Assembly: GCA_900552555.1 (NCBI GenBank)
Contig: URZW01000002.1
Coordinates: 82,002-146,001 of the forward strand
DNA length: 64,000 bases
Origin: an uncultured Clostridium sp.
Lineage (GTDB): Bacteria > Bacillota > Clostridia > TANB77 > CAG-508
Reading direction: 5' to 3'
Part shown: piece by piece, positions 46,129 through 57,215 of the stretch
How positions within the stretch are numbered: position 1 is the stretch's first letter
Layout: every line of letters begins with the position of its first letter
Translations under genes and position numbers: made by a program
The notes under the pieces: model-generated
Databases searched by the model: none
What the model saw: only the letters and a program-made list of their open reading frames with translations
Told to the model about the DNA's origin: nothing

Positions 46129-47703
46129 TTATTTAGAAACCAAATATATATTATCCATAACAACCTCAGAATTAGGGCCAATTTCAGATTTATAAAGTAA
46201 AGAAATATTCTTAAACTCAGACTCTTCCTTGATTCTATTCAAAATAGCATCATTATCCATATAAGATTTAATAGATAAAATATAAGAATTCTCACCATTT
46301 AAACTATCATCATTGATAACATAATGAAGTTCATCATTATTATTAACATTAATAACTAAAGTTCTATCATAAATCATCATCTCAGGAACACTTTGCATAT
46401 GATTAAAGAAATTATCATAAACATACACAAAAGATTTATCCTTATTTTCTTCAGCAATATCTAAAATATTTTTATAATTCTCATACAAAAATAGTGGCTT
46501 AGAAAATATAAAACCATTTATTACTAAAGCAAGAGAAATTGCAATAAATAAAATATTTTTATATTTAAATTTAATAAATTCATTTAATATAAAGAAAATT
46601 GTTAAAACGACAAAAGGAATAACAGGCATTATGTATCTCAACTCTTGGAAGGATGTCATCCTAACAGCTATAAAATAGTAAAAAATACTTGGTACAATTG
46701 TAACTAAAACAATAAACTTTTCTTTACTCTTTACACATAAAACAACAGTAGCAATTACAAATAAAATTAGTGTAATAACCATTAAAGCAACATTTGAGTT
46801 ATTTATACTAAAAGAAAAAGCAAGATGCTTTAAATATTCAAATACATGTGTAAAATATCCACTATTTTCTAAATTAGTTAATCCCCTATCTGAAAATAAC
46901 AAATGTTTTATACAAGGTACAAATATAAGAATTCCAACAACTGCATAAACAATATGTGAAACAACATATTTAGAAATTGCTTCTTTATCTTTTTTAGTTC
47001 TTATCATTTCAATTAACATTATTGCAAATATGAAAAAAGCATAAATTGCAAAAAAGTATTGTGTTAAAAATCCTAAAACAGTTATAACTCCAAGCTGAAT
47101 TGTAAACTTTTTGTCCATTACAAAATCATTTTTATATAATTTTAAACTCAAATAAAAATATAATAAAATAAATAATGTAAGAAGCATGTACATTCTTTGG
47201 AAAATAACCATAGAAATAGTACCCATTGATAATCCATATAAAATTAAAGCTGGTATTATTAAATTTTCTTTATTTAATAATTTTAAAATCTTAGAAATTA
47301 CCAAACAACTAATTATAAATGCAATTATATTTACAATAAAAGCTGAATAGAAAGAAAATTTTCCACCAAAAAATAATGTTGCAAAATGTACTAGAGTATA
47401 GAAAAATGGAGGATGATTATCATATGCTTGATTTAAATATAATGCTTTAAAGTTCAAAATGTTACTTGGCAATAAACTCAAAGCATTTTGAACGTATTCT
47501 TTTGTTCTCCAAGTTGGGTTATTTGTATTATTATCATAGACAGACAGTACACCATTATCTGGATTTACAGAAGAACATATAGTGTATCCTTCATCCTCAT
47601 GTAATCCAACTTTTTTGGTTTGATAAAAAAATATTATACCAGACATTATTGCAATTAAAACAACCAATAAAATTTTTTTTAATTTTTCCTTATTTTTTAA
47701 CAT
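46129..47703 (-). CDS. Multi-TM GT-C glycosyltransferase (GT39/GT83, PMT/ArnT-like)
   Basis: About 12 TM segments. N-terminal loop LHEDEGYT resembles the DE motif of PMT/ArnT-family enzymes. Confidence 0.5.
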   Translation of the reverse strand: MLKNKEKLKKILLVVLIAIMSGIIFFYQTKKVGLHEDEGYTICSSVNPDNGVLSVYDNNTNNPTWRTKEYVQNALSLLPSNILNFKALYLNQAYDNHPPFFYTLVHFATLFFGGKFSFYSAFIVNIIAFIISCLVISKILKLLNKENLIIPALILYGLSMGTISMVIFQRMYMLLTLFILLYFYLSLKLYKNDFVMDKKFTIQLGVITVLGFLTQYFFAIYAFFIFAIMLIEMIRTKKDKEAISKYVVSHIVYAVVGILIFVPCIKHLLFSDRGLTNLENSGYFTHVFEYLKHLAFSFSINNSNVALMVITLILFVIATVVLCVKSKEKFIVLVTIVPSIFYYFIAVRMTSFQELRYIMPVIPFVVLTIFFILNEFIKFKYKNILFIAISLALVINGFIFSKPLFLYENYKNILDIAEENKDKSFVYVYDNFFNHMQSVPEMMIYDRTLVINVNNNDELHYVINDDSLNGENSYILSIKSYMDNDAILNRIKEESEFKNISLLYKSEIGPNSEVVMDNIYLVSK

Positions 47704-47744
47704 TTAAAAATCAACCTTTCTATAAAAAGTGGAAACCATGGGCA

Positions 47745-47912
47745 TTACTGCCCAGGTTTTTTGAAGACAGTTCTCACATTTACAGGAGAGCCATTTGGTC
47801 GGACAAAACAAATATTAATTGGAATTATATTTTGCTTTCTCCGAGCTAATATCTTAGAAAAGTAAGATATTAGTAAGGCAAGTACACAGAATATAAAAAT
47901 CTTTTTCTTCAT
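47745..47912 (-). CDS. Small ORF (55 aa) with a strong RBS and hydrophobic N-terminus, immediately upstream of the GT39-like gene
   Basis: AGGAGGCAACAAATG. Partly GC-rich. Not in the ORF track (<60 aa). Confidence 0.3.
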   Translation of the reverse strand: MKKKIFIFCVLALLISYFSKILARRKQNIIPINICFVRPNGSPVNVRTVFKKPGQ

Positions 47913-48043
47913 TTGTTGCCTCCTTTAAATATATTTATTTTTTCATCAAGATTATAGCACCATTTGAAAATTTTAACAATAAAATTTTAATAATTGGAAT
48001 ATTTTATTTTTTTTTGAATATATATTAACAAGGGGGAGTTTTA

Positions 48044-48241
48044 ATGGAAAATATTTTTAATGTGAAATATAATTCAAAATTGGACAGGCTTGAAATACCA
48101 AAAGAAACTAGAAAATTTAAAATATTTGATTTCTTAAAAAATCATAAATTTTTTTCTATGATTATAATGAGTTTTTTTATTTTTTCAGGTATTAACTTTT
48201 ACTTGGTTTTTAGTTTTATGAAAATTTTAGAAAATATTTGA
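48044..48241 (+). CDS. Small hypothetical membrane protein (65 aa)
   Basis: RBS AAGGGGGAG. C-terminal TM. Confidence 0.35.
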   Translation: MENIFNVKYNSKLDRLEIPKETRKFKIFDFLKNHKFFSMIIMSFFIFSGINFYLVFSFMKILENI

Positions 48242-48332
48242 TGATTAATTCTTTAAAAAAATAAAAAAATATGGTAAAATAGAACTATTCTAGGAAAGAG
48301 GAGGATAGTAGCTATTAAGCTATATAAAAAAT

Positions 48333-49196
48333 ATGAAATTAGCAAATGAATGGAAAGATTATAAAATAATAGACATGGCAGATGGCCAAAAACTAGAAAA
48401 ATGGGGAGATGTAATATTATCTAGACCAGACCCACAAATAATATGGAAAGACAAAATCTATCCAAAAAAATGGAAAGAAATAAATGCAATATATCACAGA
48501 AGTAGTTCTGGTGGAGGTTCATGGGAATTTAACAAAAAAATGCCTAAACAATGGCAAATAAAATATAAGAATTTAACATTTAATATCAAACCAATGGGTT
48601 TTAAACATACAGGTCTATTTCCAGAACAGGCAGTTAACTGGGACTGGATGATAAACAAAATTAAATCAGAAAAAAGAGAAATAAAAGTATTAAATTTATT
48701 TGCATATACAGGTGGTGCAACAGTAGCGTGTGCATCAGCAGGAGCGTCAGTATGCCATGTTGATAGCTCAAAAGGAATGACAACATGGGCAAAAGAAAAT
48801 ATTGAATCATCTGGATTAAAAGACAGACCAGTTAGATTTATTGTTGACGATGTTGTTAAATTTGTAAACAGGGAAATAAGAAGAGGCAATAAATATGATG
48901 CAATAATAATGGACCCACCATCATATGGTAGAGGAGCAAAAGGGGAAGTATGGCAATTTGAAAATAATATATATGATTTAGTAGAATTGTGTACAAATGT
49001 ATTATCAGATAACCCACTATTTTTCTTAATAAATTCATATACAACAGGAATTTCAAGCAAGGTTTTAGAAGATATTTTGAATTTAACTGTCGCCAAAAAA
49101 TATAAAGGAAAATTGGAATCAGGAGAAATTGGAATTCCTATGGAAAATTCTAGCTTAGTATTGCCATGTGGAATCTATGGAAGATGGGAAAGATAA
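48333..49196 (+). CDS. Class I SAM-dependent RNA methyltransferase (RlmI/RlmKL-like)
   Basis: Motifs VLNLFAYTGGATVACA and IIMDPPSYGRG. Confidence 0.75.
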   Translation: MKLANEWKDYKIIDMADGQKLEKWGDVILSRPDPQIIWKDKIYPKKWKEINAIYHRSSSGGGSWEFNKKMPKQWQIKYKNLTFNIKPMGFKHTGLFPEQAVNWDWMINKIKSEKREIKVLNLFAYTGGATVACASAGASVCHVDSSKGMTTWAKENIESSGLKDRPVRFIVDDVVKFVNREIRRGNKYDAIIMDPPSYGRGAKGEVWQFENNIYDLVELCTNVLSDNPLFFLINSYTTGISSKVLEDILNLTVAKKYKGKLESGEIGIPMENSSLVLPCGIYGRWER

Positions 49197-49244
49197 AATT
49201 TAATTATTTTTCAAATTAATTCGTACTTGAAAAAGGAGAAATAT

Positions 49245-49935
49245 ATGCAAAATTTAAAAGTGATTTATGAAGATAATCATATTATAGTAGTAGAAAAAAC
49301 ACCCAATATTCCATCACAATCAGACAAAACTGGTGATATTGATATGCTTACACTTGTAAAAAAATATTTAAAAGAAAAGTATAATAAACCTGGAAATGTA
49401 TATTTAGGACTTGTACATAGACTGGATAGACCTGTTGGTGGAATTATGATTTTTGCTAAAACATCTAAAGCCGCAGGAAGATTAAGTAATCAAGTAAGAG
49501 AAAAAATATTTAAAAAGGAATATTTGGCTGTTGTTGATGGGAAAGTCAATCAAAAGAAGCGGAAGTTTAGAAAACTACTTATATAAAGATGAAAGAAATA
49601 ATATGAGCAAAGTTGTTAGCAAAGATAAGAAAAATGCAAAACTTGCAAAATTAGATTATGAAGTAATAACATATAATGAAGTAAAAAATTTAAGTTTATT
49701 AAAAATCAATTTGCACACAGGAAGGCACCATCAAATAAGAGTTCAACTGTCAAATTTTGGACATAGCATATTTGGAGACCAAAAATATGGTACAAGGGGA
49801 CAAGGCAAACAAATTGCTTTGTGGGCATATAAATTGACAATTGAACATCCAATAAGTAAAGAAAAAATGACATTTACAGATTTACCGGAAACAGTTGGAA
49901 CTTGGTGCATTTTAAGAGATATAAATAATTTATAA
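49245..49935 (+). pseudogene. RluA-family pseudouridine synthase interrupted by a single-base frameshift near 49545-49556
   Basis: ORF 49227-49586 carries HRLDRPVGGIMIFAK. ORF 49531-49935 carries LHTGRHHQIRVQL. Removing one base in CAAAAGAAGCGG joins them as ...VDGKVNQKSGSLENYLYKD.... Confidence 0.7.
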
Positions 49936-50160
49936 ATGAAAACTATTAAAGGAATTTTTACAATATCCTTTTAATAGTTTTTTTAAATTTTTATTGATTA
50001 TAAATATTATATTAATGATTTTATAAAAGTAATAAAATGTTTTATAAACAAGAAAATATAAAATAATATAAAAGAAAATACACTTTTTATAAAACAAAAT
50101 TTGTATTTGTCAAATTAGATGATAAACTATAGAAAACTTAAGAAAAAGCGTGGTGAGAAA

Positions 50161-50778
50161 ATGATAGATAAAATCACAGAATTTCTAACCAACAAAATTA
50201 GAAAAGAGATGCCAGATGTAGATGATGAAAGAGCAGAAATTATAAACTATGGTCTTCAGATTTTAATAGGTGAAGTACCAAAAATATTTATAATGTTAGC
50301 TATTGCATATTTATTAGGAGTATTTAAACTTAGTTTAATAACATTCTTAACATTAATACCATACAGAGGGTTTTCTGGAGGATTTCATCTAAAGACTCAT
50401 ATAGGATGTATTATATCAACATGTACATTTTATTGTGGAACAGCATTGCTTGCTAAATATATAGTTTTAGGAAGTATTACAAAATATGTATCAATTATAT
50501 TATTAGCAATTTTTGGAATTATTATGATAAAACTATATGCACCAGCAGATACTGAAGATGTTCCAATAATAAGCCCAAAAATAAGAAAACAAAAACAAAT
50601 ATTATCATATATATCATTTATAATTGGTTTATTAATTGCATCTTTGATTAATAACAATATAATATCAAATATAATAATATTTGGATATTTAATGCAAACA
50701 TGTATGATAACAAGGTTAGCATATAAACTTACAAATAATAAATATGGCTATGAGGTTTATGAAAATGCTACAAATTAA
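50161..50778 (+). CDS. agrB: AgrB-family AgrD-processing membrane peptidase
   Basis: IINYGLQILIGE...RGFSGGFHLKTHIGCIISTC carries AgrB motifs including the catalytic His and Cys. Alternative start at 50119. Confidence 0.8.
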   Translation: MIDKITEFLTNKIRKEMPDVDDERAEIINYGLQILIGEVPKIFIMLAIAYLLGVFKLSLITFLTLIPYRGFSGGFHLKTHIGCIISTCTFYCGTALLAKYIVLGSITKYVSIILLAIFGIIMIKLYAPADTEDVPIISPKIRKQKQILSYISFIIGLLIASLINNNIISNIIIFGYLMQTCMITRLAYKLTNNKYGYEVYENATN

Positions 50779-50856
50779 TTAGTTAATATTAAAAATACAA
50801 AGCCGGCTGTATTTTTATATTATATAAATTTTTTTAAAACAAAGGAGGAAAACTTT

Positions 50857-50976
50857 ATGTTAAAATTATTAGCTAAAGTTGCAGAAAAATATGCAAAATC
50901 TACTAACACAGCTTGTGGGTTGTGGGTTATAATGCATCAACCTAAAATGCCAGCTAGTTTAGTAAAAAAAGATTAA
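50857..50976 (+). CDS. agrD: AgrD autoinducing-peptide precursor (39 aa)
   Basis: Perfect RBS AAAGGAGGAAAACTTT-ATG. Amphipathic leader MLKLLAKVAEKYAKS, core TACGLWVIM, conserved HQP-K tail as in clostridial AgrD. Confidence 0.65.
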   Translation: MLKLLAKVAEKYAKSTNTACGLWVIMHQPKMPASLVKKD

Positions 50977-51136
50977 TTTTAAATTGTTTTTAAACTTAAA
51001 TATGAGTAGTTCGACAATGCTTATATTTAGGGTACAATATACTTAATGTTATTTATAGACAATCCACTAAAAAAGGAACAGGTTACTGTTCTTTTTTTAG
51101 TGAGTAAATAAAAATGATAGAATAAATCTATCATTT

Positions 51137-52486
51137 TTAATAATATATTTCTAATTGTTGAGAAAAATATTTTCCATTTTTAGCTGTATGTAAATTAACA
51201 TTATTATTTTTCTTTAATATTTGTCTTATTTCCCATAAACCAAGACCAGTATGATTTTCTTTTCCAGTAATACCTTTATTAAATATTTGTTCTACATTTA
51301 CATCCTTATCTTTATAGGTATTTTCTATTAATATTATATTTCGATTATTTTTTGATTCATTCCTAAATACTATATTAATTTCTTTTTCATCACATTCTTC
51401 AGATGCTTCTATAGCATTATCTAATAAAATACCTAAAATTCTTGCAAATTCATAAACCTTCATATGTAAATTAGTTAAATCTAATAAAAATGTTAAGTTT
51501 ACTTTTATACCTTTTTCTTCAGCTTCACTATATTTAGATGTAAGCAAATTATATATTCCAGGGTTATTAATAATATCTGGATTTAAAAGATATAAATTAT
51601 TAACTTTGGAACAATCACTTTCAAGTTGAGAATAATATTTTTTTAAACCATCCATATCATTTGTTTTTATATATCCACCTATAGTTGTAACTATATTATC
51701 AAAATCATGTTTGAATCCTCTAACACTATCATGTAAAATATGTAATGTTTTATTATATTCTTCAGCACTTTCTAATTTTTGTGTAGTTGTTACTAATTTC
51801 ATTATTTTGGCTAAACTATAAAAACTTAAACTAAAATAAATCAATAAACAAATAAAATTAAAGAAAGTAAATTGTACGGGCAAAATATTTATATAATTTG
51901 AAGTTAAGATTCCTTGAATTATTATATATATTATGGCAAATAAAAAATTTAATGTAATAATAAATTTATTTCTTTTATCAATATTATCTAGAATTGTAAC
52001 ACTAATATTTTTATATTTTATAGCCATATTTAATAATAGAATTATCAAATATACAAGAAGTACAAAAGGAATTCTATAAATAGGAATATACAAAGCTTGC
52101 TCTAAAGTAATATTTAAAATTGATAAATAAGGATTGAATAACAAATTTACTACCAAATTAAATATTATACTTGGAAATATAGATGCTATAACTGATTTAA
52201 TTACCCCTAACTTAATTACAAAGTATAAAATCAAAAAAGCCGAAGAATAATTTAAAATAGTATTATATGGAGATGGCAGTATATACATTGAAATTATACC
52301 TATCACAGAAACTACAATTATATAAATAAATTTTTGTTTTTTATTACAAATTATATTAAAAATATTACATATTAAAGAAAAAGAAAGAGGAGTCTCTATA
52401 AATATAATTAAAAGAGATATACATATTTTTACAAGAAATTCATTCGGCGTACTCACTGCCAACCACAAATTATTCAGAATGTTCAT
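51137..52486 (-). CDS. agrC: AgrC-like (HPK10) membrane sensor histidine kinase
   Basis: 6-7 N-terminal TM helices. H-box RGFKHDFDNIV. C-terminal GHKL ATPase (GLGLWEIRQIL). Confidence 0.75.
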   Translation of the reverse strand: MNILNNLWLAVSTPNEFLVKICISLLIIFIETPLSFSLICNIFNIICNKKQKFIYIIVVSVIGIISMYILPSPYNTILNYSSAFLILYFVIKLGVIKSVIASIFPSIIFNLVVNLLFNPYLSILNITLEQALYIPIYRIPFVLLVYLIILLLNMAIKYKNISVTILDNIDKRNKFIITLNFLFAIIYIIIQGILTSNYINILPVQFTFFNFICLLIYFSLSFYSLAKIMKLVTTTQKLESAEEYNKTLHILHDSVRGFKHDFDNIVTTIGGYIKTNDMDGLKKYYSQLESDCSKVNNLYLLNPDIINNPGIYNLLTSKYSEAEEKGIKVNLTFLLDLTNLHMKVYEFARILGILLDNAIEASEECDEKEINIVFRNESKNNRNIILIENTYKDKDVNVEQIFNKGITGKENHTGLGLWEIRQILKKNNNVNLHTAKNGKYFSQQLEIYY

Positions 52487-53183
52487 TTTTCTTAACCTCC
52501 TCGATCAAACTTTTCTTGAATTTTGGACCAATATCACAAGTTGACCCATTATCAAAATACACAATATTACCTATAGAATCCAAATTAGCGATATTATTAA
52601 TATTAACAATAAAAGACTTATGAGCCCTAACAAAATTAGAAGGCAAAGAACACATAATTTTATTAAAAGAACTATAAGTTTCATAATCACGAGTTTTAGT
52701 ATGAAAAACCAACTTCATACCATCACGTTTAATATACAAAATTTCATTTTCATCAATAATAGTCTTTTTATTATCAACTTTAATATATCTTTTAGGGCGA
52801 CCATTAACATCCTCAAACAAACGAACAATAGTCTCCTCCAATCTATCAGAAGTTACCGGTTTAGCCAAGTAATCAAAAGTTTTAAATTTATATGCCATCA
52901 TAGCATATTCTAAATGAGCAGTAGTGAATATAAAATAAGTATCCTTATTACTTTCTCTAACTTTAGATGCGATTTCTAGACCAGTTTTATTTGATTTTAA
53001 ATTAATATCTAAAATTAAAACATCAGTTTTATTTTCATCAATATAATCTAATAATTCATCAACATTATTTGTACTGATACCAATCTTTGCATCATAATCA
53101 TGTTTTATAAATATAGTTTCAAGAATTTTTGAAAATTTATCTAAAATATTTATATTATCATCACAAATTGCAAAATTTAACAT
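52470..53183 (-). CDS. agrA: AgrA-like LytTR-family response regulator
   Basis: Receiver domain (ICDDN...LILDINL) plus LytTR DNA-binding domain. 17-nt overlap with the agrC start (translational coupling). Confidence 0.8.
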   Translation of the reverse strand: MLNFAICDDNINILDKFSKILETIFIKHDYDAKIGISTNNVDELLDYIDENKTDVLILDINLKSNKTGLEIASKVRESNKDTYFIFTTAHLEYAMMAYKFKTFDYLAKPVTSDRLEETIVRLFEDVNGRPKRYIKVDNKKTIIDENEILYIKRDGMKLVFHTKTRDYETYSSFNKIMCSLPSNFVRAHKSFIVNINNIANLDSIGNIVYFDNGSTCDIGPKFKKSLIEEVKKNEHSE

Positions 53184-53514
53184 ATAAATCCCCTCCTATA
53201 AAAATATAAAATTCTAGAAAAAAAGTAATCGACAAAATAACAAAAATTTCCTTTATTTTCCAGAAACAATAACAATATAATCTAAAATTAATACAATGTC
53301 AATAGAAAAATTACAAATTTATCCAATTGGTAAAACAATTAATATTAATAGTATTTAGAGATACTACAATCAATATTTATAGCACACATTTATATATAAA
53401 TTAAGTCAAAAAAATACAAAAAAACAAAAATTTTTAAAAGTCATAATAGTGTTTTAATTAGTAATAATTTTATAAAAATATCATAAAATTAAGAAAAGAA
53501 TAGGAGTTGATAAA

Positions 53515-54333
53515 ATGAATAAAAAAAATATAAAAATCATAATAACAGTAACAGCTATAGTATTAGTACTAACAGTTATAATGATACAAATAGGAGAAAA
53601 AAACAAAACAAAAAAAGTAACAGTAACAAGTACATCAGCATTAAGCAATAAAAAGATAGGCTGGGGAATTAAAAGAAATGATAATCATGAGCAACCAGAT
53701 TTAGGAAAAACAAACAAAGACATATTAGAAAAAAATAATGGAATTGCAATGGGAAATAATAATGATAAATTCATTTATTTAACATTTGATGAAGGATATG
53801 AAGCAGGCCATACACAACAAATTTTATCAATTTTAAAAGAGAACAATGTAACAGCAACATTTTTTATAACAGCTCATTATCTAAATACACAACCAGAATT
53901 AGTCAAACAAATGATAGATGAAGGACATATTGTAGGAAACCATACAGTAAATCATAAAAGCATGCCAACTTTATCAGAAGAACAAATAAATTCAGAAGTA
54001 ATGGATTTGCATAAATCAATATATGAAAAATTTGGGTATGAAATGAAATACATAAGACCACCCATGGGAGAATTTAGCGAAAAAAGCATAAGTGTAACAA
54101 ATTCCTTAGGATATAAAACAGTAATGTGGTCATTTGCATATGAAGATTGGAATGAAAACAAACAGCCAGAAGAACAAAGTGCAAAAAAGAAAATTATAGA
54201 TAATGTTCATAACGGAGAAATTATGCTTTTACATGGAAATTCAAAAACAAATACAAATATATTAGGAGATATAATCAAAGAAATAAAAAATATGGGATAC
54301 AAATTTAAATCTTTAGATGAATTCAAACAATAG
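53515..54333 (+). CDS. Polysaccharide deacetylase (NodB homology domain; PdaA-like), membrane-anchored
   Basis: FDEGY...TATFFITAHY...GHIVGNHTVNH. Confidence 0.8.
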   Translation: MNKKNIKIIITVTAIVLVLTVIMIQIGEKNKTKKVTVTSTSALSNKKIGWGIKRNDNHEQPDLGKTNKDILEKNNGIAMGNNNDKFIYLTFDEGYEAGHTQQILSILKENNVTATFFITAHYLNTQPELVKQMIDEGHIVGNHTVNHKSMPTLSEEQINSEVMDLHKSIYEKFGYEMKYIRPPMGEFSEKSISVTNSLGYKTVMWSFAYEDWNENKQPEEQSAKKKIIDNVHNGEIMLLHGNSKTNTNILGDIIKEIKNMGYKFKSLDEFKQ

Positions 54334-54394
54334 ATATATGCAAAATCTGTGTAAAATTAAAAAGTTTTTTATTAATTAATACATTAAGAAGGGA

Positions 54395-54688
54395 ATGATG
54401 AAAATGAAAAAAAAGAAAAATAATTTTTCAAAAATAGATAGATTACTAGAAATGCCACAAGAAGTTTACACAGACACACCTAAAATAACAATAACAGGTT
54501 TTAATGAAATGATAATAGAAAATTTCAAAGGGATATTAGAATATGAAGATTATTATATCAGAATAAATACATCACTTGGAATTATAAATATAAATGGATT
54601 TGAATTAAAATTAGAAAATATGACAAATGATGATATCAAAGTTAAAGGAAAAGTAGAAAGCATTGATATAGAAAGAAAATTTGACTAA
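54395..54688 (+). CDS. yqfC: YabP/YqfC-family sporulation protein
   Basis: ITITGFNEMIIENFKGILEYEDYYIRINT...ININGFELKLENM matches the YabP family. Confidence 0.6.
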   Translation: MMKMKKKKNNFSKIDRLLEMPQEVYTDTPKITITGFNEMIIENFKGILEYEDYYIRINTSLGIININGFELKLENMTNDDIKVKGKVESIDIERKFD

Positions 54689-54764
54689 TTTCTAAATTTG
54701 TAATTCATTAAAAATAAGATTTGTACAGAACTGTAATTTTACAATATAAATGAAAGGAAAAAGT

Positions 54765-55949
54765 ATGTTAATTAAAATAATATTTAATTATATAATCGGA
54801 TACATAAGAATATCAATAGAAGGATATTACATAGAAAGATTTATAAACATATGCAGGAACGAAAAAATAACAATATGGAATTTAAAAAGAGACAAAAATG
54901 TTAAATTAGAATTAAATATAGCAATAAAAGACTTAAAAAGAGTAGCAAAAATTGCAAAACAAACAAAATGTAAAATGAAAATAACTCGAAAAAAAGGACT
55001 ACCATTTATATTCAACAAATATAAAAAAAGAAAGTTATTTTTTGTATTTTTAATAGTAATTATAATAATCTTAGCAATTTCATCAAACTTTATATGGAAC
55101 ATACAAATAATAGAAGAAGACAAGCAAAATATACAAAATTTATATCAAGATGTTGTGGATAGTGGATTACAAATTGGAACAATGAAAGCAAAAATAAATA
55201 CAAAAGATATTATAAATAAAATAAGATTAAAAAGAGATGACATAGCATGGATAGGAATAGAATTAAAAGGCACAAATGCAATAGTAAGAACAGTTAAAGC
55301 AACAGCAAAACCAGATATAGTAAATGATAAAGATTACTGTAATATTGTTTCAGACAAACAAGGAATAATAACAAAAATCAGTGCACAAAATGGAACAATA
55401 GCTGTAAAAGTAGGAGATACAGTAAATGTAGGAACAACATTAATAAATGGATGGATGGAAGGAAAATATACAGGAATAAGATATGTACATGCAAAAGGAG
55501 AAATACAAGCAAAAGTATGGCACACCAAAAGTAAAAAAATACAATATAACACTACGGAAAGAACAGAAACAGGTAATATAGAGAATAAATATCAAATAAA
55601 AATAAATAATTTTAAAATAAATTTGTCAAAAAGGCTTTCAAAATTTAAAATTTATGATACAATAGTGGAAGAGAATAAATTTAAGATATTTTCAGATTTT
55701 TATTTACCTATTTCTTTAATAAAAACAACAAATAAAGAAGTAAAAGAAGAACAAAAAAAATATGAAATAGAAGAAGCAAAAAACTTAGGGATACAACAAT
55801 TACAAGACGAATTAGAAAATGAAATAGAGAACAAAGAAAAAATAGTCAATAAAATTATAAATACATATGAAAAAGAAGACGGAATAGAAGTCTATGTAAC
55901 ATATGAAGTGCTTGAAGATATAGGGACAAATGAAAAAATAGTTTTTTAG
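54765..55949 (+). CDS. yqfD: Sporulation protein YqfD (stage IV-type)
   Basis: GYIRISIEGYYIERFINICRNEKITIWNLKR matches the YqfD N-terminus. Internal TM. ATG at 54765 after AAAGGA. Confidence 0.65.
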   Translation: MLIKIIFNYIIGYIRISIEGYYIERFINICRNEKITIWNLKRDKNVKLELNIAIKDLKRVAKIAKQTKCKMKITRKKGLPFIFNKYKKRKLFFVFLIVIIIILAISSNFIWNIQIIEEDKQNIQNLYQDVVDSGLQIGTMKAKINTKDIINKIRLKRDDIAWIGIELKGTNAIVRTVKATAKPDIVNDKDYCNIVSDKQGIITKISAQNGTIAVKVGDTVNVGTTLINGWMEGKYTGIRYVHAKGEIQAKVWHTKSKKIQYNTTERTETGNIENKYQIKINNFKINLSKRLSKFKIYDTIVEENKFKIFSDFYLPISLIKTTNKEVKEEQKKYEIEEAKNLGIQQLQDELENEIENKEKIVNKIINTYEKEDGIEVYVTYEVLEDIGTNEKIVF

Positions 55950-55976
55950 GTTATAAATTAAATGGATTAATTTATA

Positions 55977-57215
55977 ATGGAAAGGAAGTACAAAATGGAA
56001 GAAAGAAGTTTAAGAATAACTGGAGCAAACACAAATTTTTTCAACAAAATAACAAGTACACTAACAAAAATATTGATACCAACAAGAATTGGAATTAATG
56101 GAATGCTAATTTCAATGAAAAGAAATAATTTAATAAAAGCATTTGAAAACTATAAAAAAGATACAGAAAATTATAATACAGATGAGTTAGAAAAAAAATA
56201 TGATGAAGCATATACTGTTTATTTAGAAGCTCTAGATAAATATGTAATGGACTCAATTTACAAAAAAGTAAAAAATAATACAGCAAGTGAATTTGAAAGA
56301 GATGCATTATCTAGATATTATGAAGTTACAAGTCTAAAAGAAAAAGAATATATGGATTACAAATATAGGAAACAAAAATATTTATTAGAATTAGACAAAG
56401 AAAGTGTAAGACTTAATGCAAAAGAAAAAGTACAAGAAAAATATAATAGATTCTATGTAAATAAAATGGACACATTATATAAAGCAATATTAAAAAATTA
56501 TTCAATAAAACTTGCAGATACAACAAACATATATGATTCATCAAAAGAGTGGATATATGTAAAAATATTCTATACACTAGAAGAATACATCAAAAATATA
56601 TTACCATTAAAAATGGAAATAAATCCAAAAGATGAATTTAAAGACATAATAGATGACTACGAAAAATTTGAAAGCTATACAGTTGGCAAATTAGACACAA
56701 AAGATAATATCGAAAAAAATATGATTTTACTAGGAATAAGCAGAAAATTATTTACACACAGCATCCCCTTAATAGTAGCAGAACAATGCTATGAAAAATT
56801 ATTAAAAGATGCAAGAGTATTAGTACAAGATACAAAAATGGCAGCAAAAAGAGAAAAAGCATATGCAATGCTAATAAATTTAATAGAAGATTACAATGTT
56901 CGTTTATTATCAACAAAAGTATATTGGGAAGATACAAAAGCAAGAGAACAATATAAAAAATATTGGGACAAGTATAAAAAAATATCAAAATTAAAAGATG
57001 TTGATTTTGTTGAATATATGAAACAAAAAGAAATATTATTTATAAAAAATGATATGAAAAAAATAGCTGGTTCAAAAGTAGATTATTCAAAAATAATTAC
57101 ATACTATAGAAGAAAGCTAGTTGATTATGGAGTAATAAAAGAATTAAAAAATACTTACAAATCAGAAGGAAAATATACAGGAATAATAAATAAAGAAGAC
57201 AGGGTGGTGGCATAA
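55977..57215 (+). CDS. Hypothetical protein (412 aa)
   Basis: Long ORF between yqfD and ybeY. No recognisable family. Confidence 0.4.
   Translation: MERKYKMEERSLRITGANTNFFNKITSTLTKILIPTRIGINGMLISMKRNNLIKAFENYKKDTENYNTDELEKKYDEAYTVYLEALDKYVMDSIYKKVKNNTASEFERDALSRYYEVTSLKEKEYMDYKYRKQKYLLELDKESVRLNAKEKVQEKYNRFYVNKMDTLYKAILKNYSIKLADTTNIYDSSKEWIYVKIFYTLEEYIKNILPLKMEINPKDEFKDIIDDYEKFESYTVGKLDTKDNIEKNMILLGISRKLFTHSIPLIVAEQCYEKLLKDARVLVQDTKMAAKREKAYAMLINLIEDYNVRLLSTKVYWEDTKAREQYKKYWDKYKKISKLKDVDFVEYMKQKEILFIKNDMKKIAGSKVDYSKIITYYRRKLVDYGVIKELKNTYKSEGKYTGIINKEDRVVA

Noticed and set aside
47649-47849. Plus-strand ORF 47649-47849
   Set aside because: Overlaps the start of the GT39-like gene and the better-supported small minus-strand ORF. 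No RBS.
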